Below are positions 42,200 through 49,655 of a stretch of DNA of 64,000 nt, one piece after another (position 1 is the first letter of the stretch; every line of letters starts with the position of its first letter). The notes below the pieces were generated by a model. That model saw nothing but the letters and a program-made list of their open reading frames with translations, was not told where the DNA came from and ran no database searches. Where the stretch lies: contig CAZSEH010000002.1 of the NCBI GenBank assembly GCA_964605835.1, positions 19,773 through 83,772 on the forward strand. The letters are read 5' to 3'. Origin of the DNA: an uncultured Opitutaceae bacterium (GTDB taxonomy: Bacteria; Verrucomicrobiota; Verrucomicrobiia; Opitutales; Opitutaceae). Made by a program: the position numbers and the translations under genes.

Positions 42200-43588
42200 C
42201 TACTGCAGTCCGGGCGGCATGGCGCGGACGCGCGCGCCGAGCGAATCAAGGACGGCGCTCGTTTTTTCGGCGGCGACGTCGTCCCCGGTGCGAAGGGTCT
42301 GCGCGGTCGCGAAGTCGCGGACGAGGGCGCAGTAGGTGTTGTTGACCATCAGGCCCAGGAATTCGCCGGTGTGGCTGAAGACGAGATCGCCCCGCGAAGG
42401 CGCAAAATCGCCGAAGAGGCGCTTGAAGAACCGGTTGTCCAGGCGCACATACCCCGGCTGCGACGCATCGAGCTTGAATCCGACCTCCCCATAGCCGCGG
42501 CTTCCGCTGATCAGGACGGCGTCGGGAAACTTGAACGGATCGGCGGCGAGCGGATAGACCTTGACCCCGAGGGAGGCGACCTGGGATGCGTCGACCGGAA
42601 CGGCGACGACGCGGGGGTCGACCGAGAGAATGTCGAGCGAGCCCGCGCTGGTCCGGTAGCCGGACGGCCTGTGGAATCGGACGCCGATCCGGTCCCAATC
42701 ATAGTTCGGGGTCCAGTAGGAGAAGGCCGTGTCCTCGATATGAAGAAGGGCGTAAACGGCCTTCCCGTCCGTCACAAAGACGGTGGGCGTTTGCCTGGAT
42801 CGGTTGACCTCGTTGAAGAGGCCTTTGCGGCTCGCGGTGAAATCGGTGTCGACGCGATTGGCGAGGAAGTCATTGAAGAGAATGTTGGCATTGACGGGCC
42901 GGTTGGACCGAATCTCGTCGGTCAGTTCGCCGGAACGCTCGGCCAGCCTGCCAACCCCTTGCGCGAGCTGCGCGGTCGATGCCTGCACCTTGATGCGTTC
43001 GGCGCGTTCGCTCCGCACCTGGTCCTGCAGCTGGTCGGACTGTTCCTTGAGATGCTGCCTTTCCGACTCCCCGACAACCACGGCCATCGTCAGCCCCTCG
43101 ATCTGCTTTAGGGCGTCCGCCTGCTGCTTTTGAAGATCGGTGAGAGCCCGCTTCTGGCGCTCGGCCTCGGCCGCCTTTTCCGCGAGTTCGCGCTGGAGCT
43201 GCGCGAGCTGATCCCTGGTCAGGGTCGATTCCTGGCGGGCGGCAGCCATCTGCCGGCTCAGCTCGGCGGCGTTTCGCCGGGTTTCCCCAAGCGAGGCGGA
43301 CAGGCTCGCCTTGTCGCTCTCGATCGCCGTGAGGCTTTGCTCGCGCACAGCGAGAGTCTGGCCGGTCTCGGCGAGCTTTTGCTCAAGTCCCTGCCTCGCC
43401 AGCTGCTCGTCGGCGAGCGCATCGCGCATGGATTCGACCAGGTCCTGGTCCCGGCTCGCGGTGTTGGCGGCCACCGCCGGAACTGGCGGCGCGTGGGGAC
43501 GGACGGGCTCGGCCCTCTCCCAGCGCGTGAGCGCTATCAGGTTCAGGAAGAGGAAGTCTACTATGAACAGAAGCAGGGTCTTGTTCAT
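42200..43588 (-). CDS. Membrane-anchored coiled-coil protein with ExbD/TolR/MotB-like Asp-containing TM and a beta-rich C-terminal domain
   Basis: 462 aa. N-terminus 'MNKTLLLFIVDFLFLNLIAL' has a single Asp in an apolar TM. About aa 47-235 is heptad-like and Q/E/A/L/R-rich. The C-terminal ~225 aa is beta-rich. The ATG overlaps the upstream stop (ATGA). Confidence 0.6.
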   Translation of the reverse strand: MNKTLLLFIVDFLFLNLIALTRWERAEPVRPHAPPVPAVAANTASRDQDLVESMRDALADEQLARQGLEQKLAETGQTLAVREQSLTAIESDKASLSASLGETRRNAAELSRQMAAARQESTLTRDQLAQLQRELAEKAAEAERQKRALTDLQKQQADALKQIEGLTMAVVVGESERQHLKEQSDQLQDQVRSERAERIKVQASTAQLAQGVGRLAERSGELTDEIRSNRPVNANILFNDFLANRVDTDFTASRKGLFNEVNRSRQTPTVFVTDGKAVYALLHIEDTAFSYWTPNYDWDRIGVRFHRPSGYRTSAGSLDILSVDPRVVAVPVDASQVASLGVKVYPLAADPFKFPDAVLISGSRGYGEVGFKLDASQPGYVRLDNRFFKRLFGDFAPSRGDLVFSHTGEFLGLMVNNTYCALVRDFATAQTLRTGDDVAAEKTSAVLDSLGARVRAMPPGLQ

Positions 43589-45252
43589 ACCGTGTTCGCC
43601 AGGCCCTCGTTCTCCAGGATGAGCCGCCGCTTGAAGGCGCGCACATGCCTGATCTTGACGAGGGCGACGCAGACGATGCCGAAGAGGTTGGAGGAGTAGG
43701 CGGCGAGCAGGTTCGGCTCGATGACGCCGAGCACCTGAAGCACAAGGGCTGCGGCGGTGCCCATCATGCCGACGTAAAGGCCGCTGTCGAAGAGGTTCTC
43801 CTCATTTTCCATCAGGCGGAGCTTGAGAAGCGGGGGCATGTCCTCCCCGCTGATCGTGTTGATCTTCCTGACGCAGACAAAGTACATCGCCACCTGGATG
43901 AGGGCGAAGACGGCTATCGAGACGAGTGTCGAAGTGTTCATGTTGGAAATATCGGATTTTGAAGGGGTGTTGGCCGCGGGCAGCGCGCCGGAAGCGGCGA
44001 GCATCGGCATCCGCAGGTGGAACTGGTAGTCGGGCGATGGCGCCGAGGCGCGAAGGAGAAACGGCTCCGTGGCCACGATGAAAAGGGTTGCCAGCCCCAG
44101 GGCGACTATGCCCGCCCGGACGGGCATCGCGGCGCGGGCGCCCGGACCGGTCGCGGGTGTCACGACCAGGCGGTCGAGGCCCCTGAGGATCAGGAGAAGG
44201 CCCGCAAAATAGCCGAGGTATTTCACGGCAAGCATCAGCTGGGGATGCGCAAGGACGAGGGCGGCCGTGTGGCTGATCGCCGGGCCCGCATTGCGGTTGA
44301 CCGGCACCTGGCGGAGCAAAAGCTGCTGCACGGCGCCCTGTCCGTAGGACAGGGCTGTCCGGAGGTCCTCCGAGCCCGCCTGGCCGTACTGCAGGAGATA
44401 GGCGGCCACCTTGTCGGCCGAGTCCGTGAAGAGGGCCGCCGCGTAGATCTGGCTGAAGCGGCCGGGCGCGGCCCGCGAGAGCTGCGCGAATTCGCCCATC
44501 GTGCGGATGCTGCCGGTCCGCCGCAGGAGTTCGCCCAATTGCGTCCAGTCGAGGCGGCGCCCGAGGGAGAGCAGATCGAGGAAGAAGGGCCCGAGGTCCC
44601 CGAGGTCCCGCTGCGCCGCGGCCGTCTCCGCGAGGCTCCGCAGTTCGCGCTGAAGGGAAGGGGAAAGATGCTCGCCCTGGTACAGGAGGCCGGTGAGCAG
44701 GATCAGGGCGTCCAGCGGCTGGCCGCCGGGCCGGTTCGCCGGGACGAAACGGCCCGTCGCGGTGAGTTCGCGCAGGGCGAGCAGCTCCTGCACGCCCATC
44801 GAGCCGGAAGTGGCGAGATAGGAGCGCATCGCATCGCGGGAGGCCTGCGGAATGAGAAAGGTGAGGATGGGCGTGTCGGCGCCGTGCCCGGTCGGCTTTC
44901 GCAGGTTGAAAAGGGGATCGAGGAACGGGTCCCAGCCGCCCCACGCCGCGAACGACGGCTGGCGGGACACCTGGCGGTCCAGCGCCTGGGCGAGCCCGGC
45001 CGCCCGGGGGTCGTTGCAGGCGCGCGCGGCCGACAGCACGAGCTCGGCCGGGCCGACCTTTTCAACATCGACCAGGCTCCTGCCGAACTCGGAAAGGGAG
45101 GGGGTCCCTGCTCCCGCCTCCTGCAGCAGGACCGGGCTGACCGACTTGAGGTTGGCCGGCAGCAGCCATGCGGCGGCGGCCACAAACAGGCCGCCGGCCA
45201 ACAACACCGGGCTCCCGACGGGGGTCCTGGCACGCGGAAACGTTTCGCTCAT
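43585..45252 (-). CDS. Polytopic membrane protein with MotA/TolQ/ExbB-like C-terminal channel module and large helical N-terminal domain
   Basis: ORF 43585..45312. I prefer the ATG at 45252 (MSETFPRARTPVGSPVLLAGGLFVAAAAWLL). The last three TMs, 'LVSIAVFALIQVAMYFVCV' - loop - 'LFDSGLYVGMMGTAAALVLQVLGVIEPNLLAAYSSNLFGIVCVALV' + basic tail, resemble the ExbB/MotA 'LGLLGTV.G...P..la.gis.AL..T..Gl' layout. Family assignment is by eye only. Confidence 0.55.
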   Translation of the reverse strand: MSETFPRARTPVGSPVLLAGGLFVAAAAWLLPANLKSVSPVLLQEAGAGTPSLSEFGRSLVDVEKVGPAELVLSAARACNDPRAAGLAQALDRQVSRQPSFAAWGGWDPFLDPLFNLRKPTGHGADTPILTFLIPQASRDAMRSYLATSGSMGVQELLALRELTATGRFVPANRPGGQPLDALILLTGLLYQGEHLSPSLQRELRSLAETAAAQRDLGDLGPFFLDLLSLGRRLDWTQLGELLRRTGSIRTMGEFAQLSRAAPGRFSQIYAAALFTDSADKVAAYLLQYGQAGSEDLRTALSYGQGAVQQLLLRQVPVNRNAGPAISHTAALVLAHPQLMLAVKYLGYFAGLLLILRGLDRLVVTPATGPGARAAMPVRAGIVALGLATLFIVATEPFLLRASAPSPDYQFHLRMPMLAASGALPAANTPSKSDISNMNTSTLVSIAVFALIQVAMYFVCVRKINTISGEDMPPLLKLRLMENEENLFDSGLYVGMMGTAAALVLQVLGVIEPNLLAAYSSNLFGIVCVALVKIRHVRAFKRRLILENEGLANTV

Positions 45253-45319
45253 TGCTTTGTGACTATTGATTTGCGAGATCGGTTGGCGAAATCCACGCTG
45301 TTGCTGCGTCACTTGACCG

Positions 45320-45895
45320 ATGTCCCTGTCAATTGTTCACTATAACGACCCGGTTTTGCGCCGCAAGGGCGAGAAAGTCACCTCGTTCGACCCTGCGCTG
45401 GAGGTCCTTGCCGGTCAGATGATGGCCGCGATGCACGCAGCGGAGGGCATCGGGCTGGGGGCGCCGCAAGTCGGCCGCTCGCTGCAACTGTGCGTCGTTG
45501 ATCTGCTGGCGAGCGAGTCCGAGTACATCTGGGAACTCGACGGGGCCAAACCGCCGCGCGAACTGTTCATGCCCCTTGCCCTTGTCAACCCGAAGGTCAC
45601 CGTCGCTCCGCGGACGCCCCAGGTTGTGGTGGAGGAGGGATGCCTCTCGTTCCCGAAGATCCGCGGGGACGTCTCGAGGCCGGATGAGATCGCCGTCGAG
45701 TTCAGCGACGAGCGCGGAAACAGGCACACGCTTCGCTGCAATGGCCTGCTGTCGCGGTGCATCCAGCACGAGGTCGATCACCTGAACGGAGTCCTCTTCA
45801 TCGACCGCATGGACAAGAAGGCCCGCGCGCTGGTTGACGCCGACGTGAAGGCCCTTGCGAAGAAGACGCGCCAGGCGCGCAAGCCGGTCGCATGA
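45320..45895 (+). CDS. def: Peptide deformylase
   Basis: 191 aa. 'GIGLGAPQVG', 'EGCLSFP', 'QHEVDHLNG'. No fmt follows. Confidence 0.95.
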   Translation: MSLSIVHYNDPVLRRKGEKVTSFDPALEVLAGQMMAAMHAAEGIGLGAPQVGRSLQLCVVDLLASESEYIWELDGAKPPRELFMPLALVNPKVTVAPRTPQVVVEEGCLSFPKIRGDVSRPDEIAVEFSDERGNRHTLRCNGLLSRCIQHEVDHLNGVLFIDRMDKKARALVDADVKALAKKTRQARKPVA

Positions 45896-46968
45896 GCCAG
45901 GCATCGGACGGGATGAACTATGCCCCCCGGGGCAAGCCGAACCCGGTCGTCCGCCCCGGCGAGTTTTCGGTGGCCGTGGCGTACCTGGAGCACGGCCACA
46001 TCTACGGGCAGTGCAACGGCCTCACGGAGGCCGGCGCCGGCCTGAAATGGGTCTATGATCCCGATCCCCGGAAGGTCGAGGGTTTCCGGGCCAGGTTCCC
46101 GTCGGTCAGGGTGGCGCGCTCATTCGACGAGATCCTGTCGGACGCCGACGTGAAGCTGGTCGCCGCGGCCGCCGTCCCCTGCGACCGCGGACCGATCGGC
46201 TGCAGGGTCATGGAGGCGGGCAAGGACTATTTCACGGACAAGACTCCGTTCACCGCCTTTGACCAGCTCGAACGCGCGAAAGCCGTCGTGGCCGCGACCG
46301 GACGCAAGTACATGGTGTATTTCAGCGAGCGCCTCCACGTGGAGTCGGCCATGTTCGCCACCGACCTGGTCCACGGCGGCGCGATCGGCCGCGTGATCCA
46401 GGTGCTCGGCCTCGGCCCGCACAGGCTCGGGAAACCCTCCCGCCCCGACTGGTTCTTTGAGCGCGCGAAATACGGCGGCATCCTCTGCGATATCGGAAGC
46501 CACCAGTTCGAGCAGTTTCTCACGTTTTCGGGCGCGACCGATGCGACCGTGACCCACGCGGCCGTCGGGAATTACGGGAACCCCGACAAGCCGGAGTTCG
46601 AGGATTTCGGCGAGGCATCGCTGCTCGGGAACAACGGATCGACCAACTACATCCGGGTGGACTGGTTCACGCCGGCGGGCTTGGGAACCTGGGGGGACGG
46701 GCGGATGTTCATCCTGGGGACAAAGGGCTATATCGAGCTGCGCAAGTATATCGATGTCGGCCGCGATAAGACGGGCGACCACGTGTATCTCGTCGACGAA
46801 TCCGGCGAGCACCACCTTCCCTCGGCCGGCCGGGTCGGATTCCGCTTCTTCGGCCAGCTGATCCTTGACTGCCTGAACCGCACCGAGAATGCGATGACGC
46901 AGTCCCATGCCTTCAAGGCCGCGGAGCTTTGCCTGCGCGCGCAGGCGCAGGCAAGGAGGATCACGTGA
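45892..46968 (+). CDS. Gfo/Idh/MocA-family oxidoreductase
   Basis: 358 aa. Family-typical length and layout (N-terminal Rossmann-like half, C-terminal alpha/beta half 'GGILCDIGSHQFEQF'). Start overlaps the def stop (ATGA). Confidence 0.7.
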   Translation: MSQASDGMNYAPRGKPNPVVRPGEFSVAVAYLEHGHIYGQCNGLTEAGAGLKWVYDPDPRKVEGFRARFPSVRVARSFDEILSDADVKLVAAAAVPCDRGPIGCRVMEAGKDYFTDKTPFTAFDQLERAKAVVAATGRKYMVYFSERLHVESAMFATDLVHGGAIGRVIQVLGLGPHRLGKPSRPDWFFERAKYGGILCDIGSHQFEQFLTFSGATDATVTHAAVGNYGNPDKPEFEDFGEASLLGNNGSTNYIRVDWFTPAGLGTWGDGRMFILGTKGYIELRKYIDVGRDKTGDHVYLVDESGEHHLPSAGRVGFRFFGQLILDCLNRTENAMTQSHAFKAAELCLRAQAQARRIT

Positions 46969-48097
46969 TCAGCATCGCGTCGCCGTAGCTGAAGAAACGG
47001 TAGCGGTTTGCGACGGCCTCGGCGTAGATCTCCCTGAGCCAGGCCACCCCGTCGGTCGAGCCGGGCGCCAGGAATGCCGCGACGAGGCAGAGGAGGCTGG
47101 AGCGGGGCTGGTGGAAATTGGTGATGAGGGCGTCGACGCCCCGGAAGGGGGACGGAGGCCGCAGATACAGGGAGGTCGCGGAGATGTGCGCGCCCACCAG
47201 GGGCGCGTCGTGCGAAGACAGGAAATCCTCGATCGCCCGCGCGCTCGTCGTTCCGACCGCAATCCGCCTGCCCGGAGCGGGGCCCCCGGGTCCCGCATTC
47301 GACGATCCTGGAAACAGGGCGCATTGCGCGGCGACGGGAAGCTCGTAAGTCTCCCGGTGCATGCGGTGTTCCTCGATCGTGGGGGCGGAAATGGGCCGGA
47401 ACGTTCCCAGGCCGACGTGCAGGGTCAGGTCGAACTTGCGCACGCCCTTCTCCTCCAGGGCCGCGAACAGCTCGGGAGTAAAATGAAGGCCTGCGGTCGG
47501 GGCTGCGGCCGCGACGGGACGCGCCGGATCCGCGTAGACCGTCTGGTAGCGCCTGCGGTCCTCCTCCCGATGGGACGCGTCCTTTCGCTCGATATAGGGA
47601 GGCAGCGGCATTTCGCCCAAGCGGCCGGCGACGGCGACCATGGGCTCGCCGCCGGGCGTCTGAAAACGGACCCGCACCACGCCGTCGTCCCCGGTCGCCG
47701 CTATCTCCCCGCTGAAGGCGTTTCCCTCGCCGAGGAAGATGGAGCCGGCGGGCAGCCTGCGGCCCGGTTTTACCAGGCAAAGCCAGGTCTCGGATCCGGA
47801 CGGGGCGCCTGGGCTGTCCCCGCCGCCGCCAATCTGTTCGAGCAGAAGGCACTCGACCTGGCCGCCGGTCGGGCGGCGCGCCCGCAGTCGGGCCGGGATG
47901 ACGGTCGCGTTGTTGCGAAACAGGGTGTCGCCCTCGCGCAAAAGCGCCGGCAATTCGGCAAACACGCGATGCTGCACGGAGCGGGCGGAGCGATCCACAA
48001 CGAGCAGGCGGGACTGGTCGCGGCGGGCGGCCGGTTCCTGGGCGATCAGTTCGGGCGGGAGAGTGTAGTCGAAGAGTTCCGCGGCGAGGGGAGTCAC
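46961..48097 (-). CDS. queA: S-adenosylmethionine:tRNA ribosyltransferase-isomerase
   Basis: 378 aa, GTG start. 'FDYTLPPELIAQEPAARRDQSRLLV', 'PLPPYI', 'AAPTAGLHFT', 'VGTTSARA', 'RFFSYGDAMLI'. ORFs 46728..48131(-) and 46907..48310(+) are shadows. Confidence 0.93.
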   Translation of the reverse strand: MTPLAAELFDYTLPPELIAQEPAARRDQSRLLVVDRSARSVQHRVFAELPALLREGDTLFRNNATVIPARLRARRPTGGQVECLLLEQIGGGGDSPGAPSGSETWLCLVKPGRRLPAGSIFLGEGNAFSGEIAATGDDGVVRVRFQTPGGEPMVAVAGRLGEMPLPPYIERKDASHREEDRRRYQTVYADPARPVAAAAPTAGLHFTPELFAALEEKGVRKFDLTLHVGLGTFRPISAPTIEEHRMHRETYELPVAAQCALFPGSSNAGPGGPAPGRRIAVGTTSARAIEDFLSSHDAPLVGAHISATSLYLRPPSPFRGVDALITNFHQPRSSLLCLVAAFLAPGSTDGVAWLREIYAEAVANRYRFFSYGDAMLIT

Positions 48098-48112
48098 GAA
48101 GTCGGGTTTCCC

Positions 48113-48207
48113 TTTTTATACACAACGCCATTTATCCTTGAACAGGAAATAAGCCGCGCCCGCCCGGGCGACGGCTTGATTTTCCGTTCGAAGCCAAAGA
48201 CGTCGTG
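48113..48207 (-). repeat. Copy A of a ~95-nt intergenic repeat containing an intrinsic-terminator hairpin (48151-48177)
   Basis: Read on the minus strand: cacgacgtctttggcttcgaacggaaaatcAAGCCGTCGCCCGggcGGGCGCGGCTTatttcctgttcaaggataaatggcgttgtgtataaaaa. A 43-nt core is identical to copy B. Sits between the rpoD stop and the queA start. Confidence 0.7.
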
Positions 48208-48292
48208 TTTCATGACGGGTGGGCTGCACCCGACATACCACGTTCGCCCGGCCCGCCCGGCAAGCGTGCAAACGCAGGACAACCGATCCCGG

Positions 48293-49438
48293 TCAGCCTT
48301 GCAGTTTTGATCGGCGGCTCTTGGCCTCTATGAACTCGCGGATGACATCCATCCGCTTGCGCGAGCGCTCCTCCTGCTCGATCTCGTCGGTCGAGCGGAT
48401 CGACTCATTCCGGTTCATCGCCTTGCGCATCTTTGTCAGCGCGATGTGCTCGAGCTGCCGGATGCGCTCGCGCGTGACGTTGAAGTGCCTGCCGACCTCC
48501 TCGAGCGTCAGTTCGTCGCGGCCATCCAGCCCGAAACGGAACCGGATTATCTCCGCCTCGCGCTTGTCGAGCGAATTTACCATCGCGTGCAGGTCCGCGC
48601 TCATGTTCTTTTCGCTCAGGCCTTCGAACGGGCTCACCGCATTGTCATCGCCGACAATCTCCCCGAAAGTGGTCGAATCGGTTTCGTCGCTGACGGGCGC
48701 ATCCAGCGAGGCTGGCCGGACGCTGACCGACTTCAGGTGGGCGACCTTCGACGTCGGAATCTGCAGCTCGGCGGCGAGCTCCTCGTTCGAGGGCTCCCGG
48801 CCCAGGCGCTCCGAAAGGAGCAGCGCCGTCTTGCGCATGCGCGAAATCTTGTCGACCAGGTGGACCGGCAGCCGGATCGTCTTCGATTGGTTGGCCAGGG
48901 CCCGCTTGATCGATTGCTTGATCCACCAGGCCGCGTAGGTGGAAAGCTTTCCGCCCTTGCGCGGGTCAAAGCGCTCCACGGCCTTGATGAGCCCGATGTT
49001 CCCCTCGCTGATCAGGTCGAGCAGGGGAAGCCCGAAATCCTTGTAATCCATCGCGATCTTCACGACCAGGCGAAGGTTGGCGCGGATCATGTGATCCCGC
49101 GCCGCCTTGTCGCCCCGCCGAATGCGCCGCGCGAGCGTCACCTCCTCCTCTATGGTGAGAAGGGCGGTCTTTCCGATTTCCTGCAAATAGAGCTGGAGGT
49201 TGCTGCGCTCCAACGGGGCGGCTTCAGGCGCCGCAGGCTCGGGTTTCTCCAGGAACGAAGGCGGCCCGTCCAGGTTCGAGTTCACCCCAACCCCCTCGCC
49301 ATCGATTGCGCTGTTATGCGACCCGCGATTATTCATTATGGCGTTGTACTGGTGATAACTGGAGGCCTGCCGGCGGCGGCGGTCCGGGCGGGATGCAAGT
49401 GGCTGCCCGGTCTGCGATCGCGCCGACAATGCCTTCAT
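48293..49438 (-). CDS. rpoD: RNA polymerase sigma-70 family factor, RpoD-like (compact, with C-terminal extension)
   Basis: Region 1.2 'LQLYLQEIGKTALLTIEEEVTLARRI', region 2 'DLISEGNIGLIKAVERFDPRKGGKLSTYAAWWIKQSIKRA', 'TIRLPVH', region 4.2 'TLEEVGRHFNVTRERIRQLEHIALTKMR'. Start is uncertain (ATG at 49438 or 49336). Confidence 0.88.
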   Translation of the reverse strand: MKALSARSQTGQPLASRPDRRRRQASSYHQYNAIMNNRGSHNSAIDGEGVGVNSNLDGPPSFLEKPEPAAPEAAPLERSNLQLYLQEIGKTALLTIEEEVTLARRIRRGDKAARDHMIRANLRLVVKIAMDYKDFGLPLLDLISEGNIGLIKAVERFDPRKGGKLSTYAAWWIKQSIKRALANQSKTIRLPVHLVDKISRMRKTALLLSERLGREPSNEELAAELQIPTSKVAHLKSVSVRPASLDAPVSDETDSTTFGEIVGDDNAVSPFEGLSEKNMSADLHAMVNSLDKREAEIIRFRFGLDGRDELTLEEVGRHFNVTRERIRQLEHIALTKMRKAMNRNESIRSTDEIEQEERSRKRMDVIREFIEAKSRRSKLQG

Positions 49439-49655
49439 ACCCGATGGGAACGCACAAAACCCGCCCGGAGTTGCGTCTTTTGATAAACATTAGCGGTAGT
49501 TATGCTAGAAGCCCTAGCAGTCACGTTTGGCCTTATGGCGAACTCCGGCGATTCTGCGCGCATGCCGCGCACGCTGCCATGGGGTCTTCGCCCCAGGAAA
49601 ACCGCCGCCGGCGTTTCAATATAGGCGCGCCGGGGCTGGCCGCCGCTTGCCCGGG

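Noticed and set aside
42200-45252. Possibility that the MotA-like / Asp-TM pair is a Zorya (ZorAB) anti-phage system, a GldLM gliding motor or a Tol/Ton module.
   Set aside because: No ZorC/ZorD-like (helicase/nuclease) genes follow, and the coiled coil is on the B subunit rather than the A subunit. No peptidoglycan-binding, TonB_C, Pal/TolB or Gld partners are adjacent. I therefore kept it as an unclassified stator-like pair rather than naming a known system.
48094-48282. Peptides '...ISRARPGDGLIFRS.PKT...' shared by ORFs 46907..48310(+) and 52020..52988(-), which might have suggested a duplicated small protein.
   Set aside because: The shared peptide is just the translation of the GC-rich terminator hairpin of the ~95-nt repeat. 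Both host ORFs are shadows with no independent coding signal.
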